A stretch of 44,387 nucleotides of DNA from Aduncisulcus paluster (Eukaryota). The notes under the pieces were generated by a model. That model made no database searches. It was not told where the DNA came from and saw nothing but the letters and a program-made list of their open reading frames with translations. Within the stretch, counting starts at the first letter, position 1; every line of letters begins with the position of its first letter. Where the stretch lies: positions 1 to 44,387 of the forward strand of contig BQXS01012509.1 of assembly GCA_024181965.1 (NCBI GenBank), given 5' to 3'. Of this stretch, positions 21,618 to 35,300 are shown piece after piece. The translations under genes were made by a program, and so were the position numbers.

Positions 21618-22925
21618 ATTTTCTGGTTTTCCAAAGTCTAACTTTGTTGTTTCTTCCCCCTTCTCTCTTGAATGTTCGAATGATGGCGCAATCTCATCAA
21701 CACAACACTCAACAACCTCCAATGTACCGTTCGAATTCGTCGCATGCACAATCATCAGAGGCCTCTCATCCTCTTCCCGCTCCCTCTGATATAATTGTAA
21801 GTGAGTTCCACGATCACCTCTAAGGCCTATCAGAACAGCAGGTGGTATAGAATGCCTGTCTTCCTCCCCGAACATGGAACTACGTACTTCAATATCGTCA
21901 TCTTCACCTTTCATCTTCACATCATCATCATTCTCCTCCTCTTTGACTGAAGAAAAGGACACCATGAAATCTTTCTGGCTCAATGTCCCACCTTCCGAAG
22001 AGGAAGAGGAGGTAGAAGATACCGACGAATGTACAGAGGCTATCTTCTGACCAAATTGATGTTCCCCAATGATGATGGGTTCTTTGGTTGTTATTTGATC
22101 AATAGCTGGCCCACTCGCAGATGAAACAGATGAAATAGCCTGTACAGCAATCGTAGGAACAGCAGCACTCGTCGATGAACTAGCAACGAATTCCGAGCGA
22201 TTTACAATATCAAGAGAAGCCGGGGAACGACTGGGAACAATGGAAGATACAGAACTAGTTTCCTTTTCAATGGGTTTTGGGCCAATATGTGATTTATCAT
22301 CAAGAGATGGTGTTATATGAATTGATTTATCGTCTTCTTCTTTCACGGGTTCATCCTTTTCTTTTGTTTCGTCAAGAAGTTCATCAGTGACTCGTTTTTG
22401 ACGTATAACATGAACAGTTTTAGCTAAATCATCAAATGAAATATAATCCAATTTTCGTCGGGTTAGGACATCAGTAAACATTCTAACGTGTTGATCTAAT
22501 TCATGAGATTCTTTTTTCAATGATTCTATGTCAGAAATTAAAGAATTAATAACATCAATTTGAGCCTTGTCAGTCGGAGATGAGGATGAAAAACAAGGGT
22601 GATCTTCATCTTCAGAAAATCGCCGTATTACATCACTAATTGAAGGACCAGCCCATCTAATTGCACTTTGTTCCTTAACAACAAGTCCCATGCCTTCTAA
22701 AACATTTGAAATATCATATAATCGTCTTTTCTGTGCTTCTAACTTTGCATCCGCTTCAGTCATTGATAAGCGGCCTTTTTGCTTTGCTACAAGACAAACA
22801 AAGGGTTGAGTATATATTGCTAATTGGTTATCTTTTGAGTATCTTCCTCTTTGCGGGGCAGATTCGACTGTAGCAGTTCTTTTGGTACTATACCCCGATC
22901 TACCTCCTTTGCTTCTCGAATACAT
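21477..22925 (-). CDS. E2F: E2F-family transcription factor
   Basis: Winged-helix DNA-binding signature QKRRLYDISNVLEGMGLVVK..IRWAG, a heptad region (LKKESHELDQHV), and marked-box-like segments LDYISFDDL and LIGLRGDRGTHLQL..GTLEV. Confidence 0.88.
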   Translation of the reverse strand: MYSRSKGGRSGYSTKRTATVESAPQRGRYSKDNQLAIYTQPFVCLVAKQKGRLSMTEADAKLEAQKRRLYDISNVLEGMGLVVKEQSAIRWAGPSISDVIRRFSEDEDHPCFSSSSPTDKAQIDVINSLISDIESLKKESHELDQHVRMFTDVLTRRKLDYISFDDLAKTVHVIRQKRVTDELLDETKEKDEPVKEEDDKSIHITPSLDDKSHIGPKPIEKETSSVSSIVPSRSPASLDIVNRSEFVASSSTSAAVPTIAVQAISSVSSASGPAIDQITTKEPIIIGEHQFGQKIASVHSSVSSTSSSSSEGGTLSQKDFMVSFSSVKEEENDDDVKMKGEDDDIEVRSSMFGEEDRHSIPPAVLIGLRGDRGTHLQLYQREREEDERPLMIVHATNSNGTLEVVECCVDEIAPSFEHSREKGEETTKLDFGKPENDDDIPTFSAGMKRRSLETKLTSQRDEAGEMIMPSQIITHGLNYGTE

Positions 22926-23300
22926 TAAAAAAATACAATTTGTTTACGGTAAATAAATTATTAAAAAATTTTAAAAATGGTAGTTTTCTTAATGTGGCCA
23001 ATTTTGTTGGATAGTTGCGCTTTTCACGCTGACCTCTATTTGAGCAAATTGATCGACGTTAGAACGTAAAAAATTCTGTTTGTGCGATTTTTAGTTTGTT
23101 TGCTCTCATTCTCAATTACATATCCCCATTGTTTTCTAACTCGATATTTCCTTGAAAAATATTAAACATCATGTTCATTTGCTTATTACTTCCATATAAA
23201 TAAATGAATTTTAACATCAACATCAGAAATAAACTTTTATTTGTTGGAAAGGACTCTTTTTTGTCTTCCTTCATCATTAACAAATATCACTATTTTTTCA
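22926..23300. promoter_or_regulatory. Divergent intergenic region between E2F and the dynein-like gene, putative bidirectional promoter
   Basis: 375-bp AT-rich spacer between head-to-head ATGs at 22925 (-) and 23301 (+). Confidence 0.4.
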
Positions 23301-26300
23301 ATGGTAAAAGGTAAGCCATCTTCATCAAAAGATAGTGATTTTAAACAGGGATCATCTTCTATTCGTCAAGGACAACAAAGAAAATACGATATCCCTGTAA
23401 ACCTTGAAAAACACATAAAATCGATAAGAAAACCGAAATCAATCGGTACAATAATTACTGATGGTGCTGTATGTTTCATTAAACCTTTCATTTTCCCCTC
23501 AATTTCCATTCTCAAATTATCATTACATTCTAATTGGTTTATTTCAATATAAATATTAATACATTTTCCGTTGAAACTTCGTCTATCTAATAATTAAGTC
23601 TTTCCATATTAATCATCCTAAAGTGGAACGGAAAAGTCCCAAAAAGAAAAAGTTAAGTATTCCAACAGCCAAAACACATAGTTCAGTTCCAACTGATCTT
23701 TTCTCGTTAAAAGAAGATGATCTATTGCAATTTGATGCCCCAATGATGAAAAAACTAAAACATTCACATCCCCTTGGATCTACCAAAGCTCCCTTGATTC
23801 CAGCCATTCTCCCTACAAAAGGGGATTCTGGAACGTTCATTGATCACATTTTATCAAAAAAATCCGGTGCAGCAACCCTTCCAATTCCTGCTATTTCTGA
23901 GACGTCTACCATTTCAACCAGAACCAAACCTCAAGTCCACCAGGCTTTGTCCGAAGATCCTATATTTCAACAGCAAATGGCATTCCAAGACATGATTAAA
24001 CATCGTTCACATGCATCGGATTCAATTTATCAAAGTCAAATGTCCGATGTTCTCAAAACCTGGTCTCACCCGGTCTCCGCAATTTCTTCCCTGAATTCAG
24101 CAATTAAAGAGGCTGCTCTCGGTAAAAATATTGGCCTTGGGCTGACTGTTGGAAGTGAAAATGCCCGAAGCATGACTCGTCGTAAAGGGGTTGTTGAAGG
24201 CGTTGCCATGTTCGATAAAGCCAAGAAACGAAGCGATATCAGGGAACAAAGACGTAAAGAACAACTAGAAACATCCGGTATCAGTGAAAAAGAGAAGAAA
24301 GTCCGTCGATCTGTTCTGGAAGAAGCCGGCCTGGCCTCTCCCACATCTCCCTCAAAAAAGAAATTATCTAAGGCCACTTCTTCTTCTGTACCTCATTCCC
24401 AAGGGACCATTTCTGATCAGACCGGTCCATCCAAGATACCACATAAGTTTTTCCCCCACCCGCCTTTCCTCCTCCTCTTCCTCAACTTCTTCCTTCTTAT
24501 TGGCTGCAAATAACATTAGAAAGATGTATGGAACACCCGCAAGCAATGATCTCAAGTCTGTTGATTCTGTGATCCGTCCAAGACTTCGTCTCAGAGCCTC
24601 TCCCGAGGAAGAAGAGACTGCGGGATCGACTACTTCCGTTGTAGGTGGCCCTAGTTCTCCTGGGAACAAGAAGAAAGGCTCCAGCATCGCCTCGGTGTCG
24701 TCCTCTCTTGTGGAAGAGCTCCATCGTAACCATAACATTCAGTCGTCTTCAGTCTTCAGTGTGCTCAAACTTGGGATTGACGATGATCCGAAGATTACCC
24801 CAAGGAGTGGATCTCTTGTTGTCGATGAGAACAAAGGAACTCGCAAGATCGGTGAGCATCGAGTGTGTGTGACGGATATCTTTGATACCCTCGTAGATAG
24901 TGACAGTGCAACAAAACTCTTTGCTATTCTTGGCGATAAAGCCTCTTCTGCAGTCGTTTTCTGTGTACCCCATGCTTTATCGCACTCCCATCCTAACCAT
25001 TTCAACCCTTACAAACTCTCTGTCCTCTCTGAAGAACTTGCCATCCGTCGTTCTGTTTATTATACGATTTCACAGAAAGGAATTGTGTGTGTTCGTGACC
25101 ACGGGAGACAATCGGAAGGAATGTCTCTGGCCGCATGGTTGAAAGAAGCCTCACAATATAACCTTATCAAGACCTTCTCTTTCTTCAAGAACTTTATCAA
25201 AATGAAATACTGGCGAAGATGGAAAGAACGTTTGGTGAGATCAAGATTTCTTCATGCAAGGACAAGGCTTGTATCTGCTCCACTCACTTTCAAACCCTAT
25301 ATTGTGAATGTCTTCAAACTATGTCGAGAACAATGTGCCAAGATAATCAGGAAAGATGTTATCCTTACTTCTCCTCAGCGTATCGCCCACACCCATGAGC
25401 AGTATGTGGAGACCCATAAAGAGCTTCGTGAGGATTTCAAGACCATGCTTGTGACGGTGGGAGAGGTCATCCATTCCTCCATTGTTCGTCTCTGTACTTC
25501 CGTTGTCAGACGTGGTAATACGCCTGGCCTTGAAGAGAAAATGGAAGATGCCATGTTTGCAGCGGCTGTCGGCCTCAGCGGATGGAATTCCTCAGATAAA
25601 CGAACCAAGAGTATCCTCCCTGCCGATTCTATTCCCCTTTCAACTTCACTATCCTCTTCTTCTTCGTCTTCTTCTTCGTCTGCTTCCACTGGCGCTTCAA
25701 GTGGCCGGACACACTTTGCAAGAGCCAAGGATGCAAAGGATCACATGTTGATGTTGCCCGCAGATATCAAGAATGAAGAGATATACACTGACGATGTGAG
25801 AGTTGGTGAGCAATTGATGCAGCTGGCTATCCTGAACCCACTCAAAGTTCCCATTACCAAGGCCAGAAAAGCATTGACAGATCACAAGAAGGCAGTTGAA
25901 CGCGCGAAAAGTGAAGAAGCCACATTAAATCGTCTTATTCGATCGATTGATAACATGTTTGTGGATGCCTGTGTTAAGTTCGTGATTAACAATACTGAAA
26001 AGCTTGCCAACGAACTGTTACGTGCTCGCAAAGATGGAAGAGTAGGTCTTTTAATCATGTCTCTCTCCTTTGTGAAGAAAGACATGTCGTTAAGTCTCAC
26101 AACTGATACATCTGGTGGCTCCTCTGACGATTCAGCCTTACACGAGTTCATCCCCAATCGAATAGTATATTCCAGGACGATAAATAGTCTTATCAGCCAA
26201 CTCATTAACATTACTTCGGATTTCAACAGAATTCCTCTCCTTCCTGCCATCATGAAATACCTCATAAAGATCGAGAAAACGACTCCACACTTGAGATCAA

Positions 26301-29300
26301 TCAAACGTTATGTTGAGATACAACAAAGGTACCAAGAGGCACTTGATACCATCAACCAATGCATCGACGAGGACTTCCAACTAGCAGAGTCAATCATTGG
26401 GCAATATGAACCTTATCGAGTTATCTTCGAGTTTTGGCTGAAGTGGGACAAAGAACAGTTTGAGAATGGAGATATATTTGTAAACAGTGCAGGTGTCATT
26501 GAAAATAGTTCATCTCGTTCCAATTATACTTCCGAGGCAGAAAATGAAATAACTATCGCGGTTCCGAATGCCCATCCAAAGAAAGAAGGGGGCAAAAAGT
26601 CTAGTTCTGAAGGCTCAAAGAACAATGGTGAGAACGCTGATAAACTTACTGTCCAGTCCATGGAACCTACAATATCAGGTTCTACAAATCCAACCGAACA
26701 AAGCGTGGAAACGTATGAATCATTCATTTCAGATCTCAAGGCCCAATTACCAACCTTTGTTCATGCCCATTCACCCGAGGAACTGGGCCAAATCCTTGCC
26801 CTCTGCTCTTCATGGTCTGATTTATTGCAGAAGATGCGTGTAAGTATGTATTTGGGTGTTTTCCAGCTGGATACAAGGTCTTTGAGAGATAAATTGTTCC
26901 CTGTTCCTCAAAGAGTCCAACGAGACATTGAAGCGATCGTTTCAAATAATACAATTAAGACTGCCAATCTATTGCAGAACAAACTCAGATATTTAACAAA
27001 ACTTTTGAGCCAACCTCCGAGGAATTTGGCCGATTTTGCCCTATTTGTTGATCGTGTCAAGTTAGTTTCACTCGTCCTCAAGGATATTGATGCTGAACGT
27101 AAGAACCTGGATCGCTGCAGTGTTGTTGTTGAAGAGAATGGTGGAAAAGTGGCTGTTGAAGGCCGTGCTGCCCTTAGCATCCTTGTTGACGAACGTCAAA
27201 CCCTCCTATCGACCCTTCAAACATCCTTCTCGACCCTTCGGGATAAATATAGTGATATGAAACATGGGTTCGACATGTCCATTCTCTCTATGAAGAAAGA
27301 AGTAGAAACATGCATAACTTCTCTTGATTGCAAACTATTCAAAACAGCTGACAGTGATACAGATATGGTACTATCTCGTCTCACAGCTCTTGGAGCCTCC
27401 ATATCCCAGCTTCAGAAGAAAGCAATCAACCTCCAGAAGTACAAAGAAGCACTGAACGCAGGAATAGAAATGGTCGATGGCTCTGAAGGACAGAAAATGC
27501 GCGAAGATTTGGGTCTTCCCAAGATAATTCCCTTAGAATCAGAAGAACAACCCGCTGCAACCGATGCTTCCTCATCTGCGGGAGCCACCAAACCCAGTGT
27601 TATTCGTCCAATGCCTGAAGAGGAACAAGCAGCTCCCGAGGCATCTATCCCACCTGTCACAAGTTTCTCAAAACAGGATCTCCTATCTTTGGAGGAAGAT
27701 CCTCTTGAATTGGTCGAGTTTGTGTCAAGTCTGTACCAAGCAAGACAATTATTGTGGAAATCGGTGGTAGATATCCAACAATTTAAGGAAAAATGTCTGG
27801 ATTCTCCTTTCAAAATGTTAAATATCAACGAGACTGTTGAGAAGATCGATTCATTCCATCAAGAAGCCGTTTCCCATTGTTATCGAATTCGTGAGACCGT
27901 TAATGCCGTTGGTTTAAACACTGGTCGCCCCAGTGGTCGTATCCTCCCCCCAGAAATCTCTTCCTCTTCCTTAACAATTGTTATCCACGGCGTGACTGTT
28001 CCCCTCTCCTCAGATTCTGTTGTCAAAAAGCTGTTGAATAATACCGCCCAGCTTGTTTCTTGGATAGGTCTCATTCTCTCCCTTGGAAATCCAGCTATGC
28101 GGCCAAGACACTGGGCCAAGGTCTTCGAGGAGCTGAAACTGGACCCAAGTACACAACGCACAAGGTTTTCACTGAAAACTCTGCTCGAAAGCAATGCATT
28201 GGATCACTATGAGAACTTAAATAATATCTCTGAACGTGCCAGTGGTGAGTTTAGTGTAATGCTGCACGTTGATAAAATTGCTCAATACTGGGAAAAGGTC
28301 AAATTTCCACTCAACCAACATATTGTCGGTGTAAAACCGTCTAATTCCATGACTCTGGATTGTGCTGGTTGTTCCGAACAAGCTGGGGACATATTGACAG
28401 CCGTAGGAATTGACAACACCAATAATCACGCTGGACGCACAACTGAATTGCCGTCAAAGGACTCATCAAGCTCAATCACAACTCCCAAGACATCTTTCAC
28501 TGTTGGTGTTGCCTCAGGTGGTCTTACTTCAAATTCTTCTGCAACTAACCTATTTGAGCGTCAACTATCCAAATTCTCCTCATTGTCTTCCTTGAAATCA
28601 CTTGGAATATCATCATGGTCTCATTCTCTCCCTTGGAAATCCAGCTATGCGGCCAAGACACTGGGCCAAGGTCTTCGAGGAGCTGAAACTGGACCCAAGT
28701 ACACAACGCACAAGGTTTTCACTGAAAACTCTGCTCGAAAGCAATGCATTGGATCACTATGAGAACTTAAATAATATCTCTGAACGTGCCAGTGGTGAGT
28801 TTAGTGTAATGCTGCACGTTGATAAAATTGCTCAATACTGGGAAAAGGTCAAATTTCCACTCAACCAACATATTGTCGGTGTAAAACCGTCTAATTCCAT
28901 GACTCTGGATTGTGCTGGTTGTTCCGAACAAGCTGGGGACATATTGACAGCCGTAGGAATTGACAACACCAATAATCACGCTGGACGCACAACTGAATTG
29001 CCGTCAAAGGACTCATCAAGCTCAATCACAACTCCCAAGACATCTTTCACTGTTGGTGTTGCCTCAGGTGGTCTTACTTCAAATTCTTCTGCAACTAACC
29101 TATTTGAGCGTCAACTATCCAAATTCTCCTCATTGTCTTCCTTGAAATCACTTGGAATATCATCATCGACCACATCTGTGACTGACGCTCCATCTGAACG
29201 AATGATGATTATTGGTGATATTACTACAATATTAGCTACCTTGCACGATCATCTAATTACCTTACATACCATTGCCAATCAACAATATGCACTTGGTGTT

Positions 29301-32300
29301 ATTGAAGCTGTTAACTCTTGGCGTTTGAAGCTAATCTCTCTCGCTCTATTGCTTCCTTTGTGGCAAAAGTTCCAAATTCTGTGGAGTGAATGTGAGAAAG
29401 TCCTCAGTATTCCAACAATCAGAACAACTGCGAGAATGGCAGCCTCGGCTTTTGATAGAACAAACAATTTCTTTGTGTCAACGATGAGAAATGTGTCTCT
29501 TGAACCGCGCATTATTTCATTCGTTGAGAATCTTCAGTCTGAGTCAACTAAAATGCGTCTTTTGCTCGAAGAACGAACAGATCTGAAAAAACACCGTCTC
29601 GATTCTCTGACATGTGAGATTATTGGGAAAGAACATGCCAATGAGATGCTTATCGATGGTGGAATACGTGGAAGGAGTGTTGGTGAGAAGACGACCCGAT
29701 CTGTTCCCCACCCCCACTCTGCCCAGTTCCTTGTAACATCGTCAACCACTGTGATCGATGATGATCTTCCAATTGCTCCATCGATCTACGCCCACTTGAA
29801 GTCTGATCTCGACCATATTCTATTTTCTAAGGGCTCTGGTAGCTCCTTGTTGGGTTCTCCTACGTGCTCCGTTCGTGGTGCTATTCCTTCCACAGATGGA
29901 TCTGATGCCTCTGATGCATTTTATGAGCTCAAGGTGCTTCTAAAGAAAGGATTGGTCGGATCATTGAATTTGTACAGCGATCTCACCTCTGGGCTTGAAG
30001 TGCTTGAGCTTATCAAAGCCAATGTCAGTGCTCTTCTTGAATCTGAGAGGAACGAGTGTCCGAGGCTTTATTGGTGTAACGATGATTCTATCATCAATGG
30101 TCTTGGATCATCTATTACTGTGAATACTATTAATAGCATTGTTCAGCAGTGCTTTGGTGTGTCTTGTTCAATCGAAGAAGAGGAAGTTGAGGATGGAGAA
30201 GACGATGCAGCACTATCTGCACCCGATTCTGATAAGGGACATGCTGACCTCTCCGGTTCAGAGGAAGAAGAGATTATCTCGGAAGAACATTCGCAGCAAT
30301 CAACGAAGAGAAGGGGAAATATGAGAACCAACAGCTCCAAGTTCTTTGGCGCATTATCTGAGACCGATTACCAGCCTAAAACATCAATGGTAATCACTGG
30401 ATTAATTTGTCTCTCTGATGTTCTCCCGCTTCCTTCTTTGCGTATTGCCTCTGCTCCCACAAATTGGGTCAATTGGCTTGAAGAAGGGATGAAGTCTGCT
30501 CTCAAGGCCTGTATATTTAATTGTTTATCAAATGTCGATTCTGGTAGTTTTGTGGGTGTCGCCGCCACTGCCTCTCTGTCCAAACCTCATTCCATGAGTC
30601 TTCGCCAATCCATTGATATATATTTACACACTTTAAAAGACCGTCGAGAACGTGAACGCAAGGAAAAAGAACAACAAAGGAAATATGATCCCACTGTGTC
30701 CATGGTATCTCTCACATCTCTCTCTCTCTGCTTGGATAAACCATAATCCATCACAAGCACTCATGTTGGCCCTGTATATCTCTTTCGTTCGTGTCATTGA
30801 GGCTTCAATGGGTGATATTTCCAAGGGAAGGGATTCAAAGGCTCTCAAACGTTCCCTTCAGTTGATTCACCACGATATTGATGAGTGCACACGGCTTGTC
30901 ATCAACTTAACAGCAGCGAAAGATGCTCTCGAAAGGCTAGAAATCATGGAGGACCAAGAAGATGTTGCCCAAGAAGGAACGGGTGTTTCATCTGTTCCAG
31001 CTGTGAGTGGTGCAGTTGGTGCAAGAGCCTCCACTATTCCTCTCCCTCCAATGCCGAGACCTGATCATACACATACAAGAAACTGTGCCAAAGCCATGTG
31101 TCTTCAGTTCCTTCAGTTCAGGGATACATTGACACGACTGATCGATGTTGGCAAACCCACTGCTTCGTCATACCACTGGGTCAATACTCCTCGTTATTAC
31201 TGGACTGGAGATGATCTCTTGAAGGATGGTGTTGGTGTTGGTGACCTCTTGGTGGCTCCAGGAGAGCTCTCTTTACAATTGGCTGGGGTTGATGCTGAGT
31301 ATGCATTCGCTTTCCGTGGGGGACTTGATGGTGTATTTTTAACCCCCCAAATGACCAATGCTTTGATTGGAGTTATGATTGGAGGTGTTCAGAATCATTG
31401 CATGTCCTTTGTAACCGATCTATCAGGTAAAATCAGCATAGTTGATGCCTTGGGTTCCTTACTTGGACGCCATGTTCTCCCTCTTGACCTGAGCACTTCC
31501 TCCGATGTGAGCTCTGGTTTGTTGATGAAATTACGTGGTGGTGCTAGTATTGGTGCTGTGTTGCACATCATCAATGTTGAGAATGCCAATTCTTTGTTGC
31601 TCAGTGTTCTTTGTCAGCATGTGAAGAAGATCATGGAAGCTGTTGTTGCTGGTATCGTTGAGACAATTGACTTCCGTGGGAACCCATTGGCCGTTCACCC
31701 TCATTCCTTAATGATTTTCTCTGTTGAATCAGGAAGGGATTCAGTCGATCTTCGAGAGATGAATAAGTTCTGTAGGTTCACATCTCTTGCTGCTCCTCCA
31801 TTGGATCTTGTCACAACAATGCAGCTTGAAAAGATGGGAGTCGCCAATGCTCCCGATCTCGTGAATATGTCTCTCCAGGCCATTGAGCTTTGTTTGAGGC
31901 TTCTGGGACCTTTTGTTGGTGTTGTCACTGGTCTGACAAGCACATCTCCAACTTCCTTCATCCGTCCCCTTGATGCCATTGCCCACATGTCAAAAATCCG
32001 CAAGACAGAATGGGACTTCAGATCCAATTTATTGGAGAGATTTAAGACCCTTTCATGGAGTTACTTTGGAATCTCAAATACAATGTCCGTAAATAACTCT
32101 AAATCTGGATCCATTGCCACCTCTGCACCTCTTTCAAAGGAAACCAGGACTTCAGTGGAGAAAGAGAGAGAAAGGGTGTTCAACACTCTCTTTTCTCCTA
32201 ACTCCGATTCGAATGATATCCGTTATTCCATCATCCTTCCCAAAGCTCTTCGTTTCCAACTTATCCAACGTGCATTGATGAGCTTTGAGAGAATTCTCAT

Positions 32301-35300
32301 GACCATTGAGTCACCACAGAGCGATGTTTCTCCAGATACTTATCGTCTACCAATATGTCTTACAGCTCCTCTCTTGGCTAACTGTGTCAAACAAGTTATC
32401 TTGTCCCTCGTTCCTCATGTTCTCACGGACTTTGTAAGCGCTTTTGTCGATGAATCTTTCTTGATTACGAAGCCGCAGTCCTCCCTCCCGATTATCTCTG
32501 AAAACCAAGAAGAAGAAGACACCAATGGTACTCGTGATTTCGGAGTAATCAAGGTTGACCGCTCTCATTTAGTGAGCTGTTATTTGAATCAAGATAAGTT
32601 ATCCATCCAATCTCCTCATAAAGTCGACTCTCAGATTCTTAGTCGAACAATAATCAACAATATGAAAAAGAGAGAAATAGAGGTACAGAATGTGATTAAT
32701 GGAGTTCTTATCAGCGGATATGGATGTGGAGAAGGAAAGAAACTCGTTCTCTTGAAAGAAAGACAATTATCCACCAAAAAGAAAGCCTTCAAGGTTGCCA
32801 TGGCGTCTTCATATCAGCAACAACTCATGTACCAAGCCGATGCAGCGATATCCTCTGTTTCCATCGATGAGTACTGCAAACTCTCCTTTATTTCGCCATC
32901 CAAGCAGATTTTATCGTCTCTCTCTGCCTTGTACGCACACTTATTATCCTTCCAGGCCTTGTGTATAGTCGGGAAAGTTGATTGGGTGTCCAAGATGGTC
33001 GAGTGTGTCTGCACTGCGGCTGGAGTATTGGAAAGGAGCAAGCACATGGAAATTGCTCGTGAAGAAGCCAAGAGCTCCATGCGTCATGTTTCATCTCGAA
33101 GAACCCTGAGATTGATCTCTCTTACTGGCAAGAATCAAGCTTCTCGAGACAGCACAGAGAATAACCGAGCCTTTGATGAGTTTTTGATTTCTAGTTCATC
33201 CCCGTACCATCCTTATTTTACAACCATATCTCCTGCCAGTCTGTCACGTTTTGTCCACCCAGAGTCGTGTGAGGCTGATGTCTTGAAGAACTCTAATCGT
33301 TTATTCGAGACAGCCCTTGCTGAGAAGATTTGCAGGATGAATATATTGCTGGCTCAGAATCCACTCGCTCCATTTGGAATTATTTTTATTCCATGCATAT
33401 TCTTGGATTCTTGGATTGATATTCTTATTTCCATGATTAAAAAGAATAATATCAATTGGAATGGACAAATCACACAGTCTTTGTTCGCACTTCCATCCTT
33501 GTCGAAGCAGATATCAGTCCACGAGAAAATCAGGTTTGTGATTACAGTTCCTTCCATATTTAATGCCTCTCCAAGCTTTTTGTCTCACATTCCCATCTGT
33601 TCCCTCACTCACGATGCCGAACGATTCCATTCCTTTGCCGCCACATCCATCCTTGAGGATCTTCCTCAANNNNNNNNNNNNNNNNNNNNCAGAATCCACT
33701 CGCTCCATTTGGAATTATTTTTATTCCATGCATATTCTTGGATTCTTGGATTGATATTCTTATTTCCATGATTAAAAAGAATAATATCAATTGGAATGGA
33801 CAAATCACACAGTCTTTGTTCGCACTTCCATCCTTGTCGAAGCAGATATCAGTCCACGAGAAAATCAGGTTTGTGATTACAGTTCCTTCCATATTTAATG
33901 CCTCTCCAAGCTTTTTGTCTCACATTCCCATCTGTTCCCTCACTCACGCTGCCGAACGATTCCATTCCTTTGCCGCCACATCCATCCTTGAGGATCTTCC
34001 TCAAAAATTGAGAAGTTTGTGCTCTCTGTTCATGTGTGGAATTGATCTCGAGGCTGCCCACACCAAGGCTTGTATGATTTCTGGAAAAGAACACGCTTCA
34101 TATGTTGCCCAAGAGCATCGTAAAATGCAACAAACATTAAAACAACAGGAGAAAGAGGATCAAAAACAACGCGAGAGTAACGCTGGATCATCCAATAAGA
34201 AATCGCAAGGAAACCGTAAGAAAGGAATGAAGGAAAAATCAAGATCCAGTAAGACAATTGCTCATAAAAGCAAGATGAGACAAGCCTTGTCGATTGAGCG
34301 TTGTTTCTTGCCTCGAGATTACCTAGAATTGTGTGATTATGCCGATGGGGTCATGTGTCACGTTAGTGCTCGTGTGACTGCACAATTGATGCATCTATTG
34401 AATATCCTTGATCATGACGCACTCACTTCCAAGATATTCTTCAGTCATACTCATATTGTCAGCAATTTCTGTTCATTATTGGTCACTTTCATGAATCAAC
34501 ATGAGCTTGAGAGCAAGAGAGAGAAGGCAGTTCATGGTGGGAAGTTTTCGCGTGAGATTTGGGAAGGAGTTCTTGTCGACATTGATCGTACCAAGCAACT
34601 GAGATGTGGCCAACAGCAATCGCCATCGTTCTCATCATCCCCTTCTTCTCACCAATCTCCCCAAGCTCACTCTCCTTCAGGTGGGAATGTCAGTCCTAGT
34701 CCAACTCAAGCTCTGACTTCACTCACATGGAATGCCATCCATAAACTCCTTCCATTCGCCTTTGGAAATCTTTCTTTCTCCCAACCTTCTCTTCCTTTCC
34801 TCAGGCTGATGGATTGTCTTGTCATTGAGAGCTTTACATGGGCCGCAGCTGGATCTTTTACCACCAGGGATGAGAGGAAAATGTTCACAAAAATCTTATC
34901 AAATGTTTTGAAGGCCAAAAACGAATTCCTTGATGGTGAATTCCACAAGAATCCCAAATCCAAGAAGAAATCATCATCCAAATCCAAGAAGAGTTCAACT
35001 ATTTCCGAAGACTCTAACGATTTATCCAAGACGCCTGATCGGCATTTCCTGGTCACTTTCCACAGAGCTTTGTCTTCTCTCTACAAGGACATTCATTTCC
35101 CAGTCTCCTTCAACCTTCGTGAAGAGTATGATTCCATTGAAGGTCTTGTTAGTGCTCTGCCTGACCAAGAAGAGGAAGAAGAGTTTGTCCTGCATGAATA
35201 TCAGACCAATGGAAAGATGGTGAATCTGTCCAAGCTTGAGAATATCTCTGTTGAGTCTGACACCTCACCTTATCATAATCTCCACTCATGGTCTGACTAC

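Noticed and set aside
24505..24513. AAA-TAA at the end of ORF 23623, resembling the Euplotes +1 frameshift motif
   Set aside because: The preceding ~20 codons look like out-of-frame poly-Ser, so the break lies upstream, and the other four breaks lack the motif.
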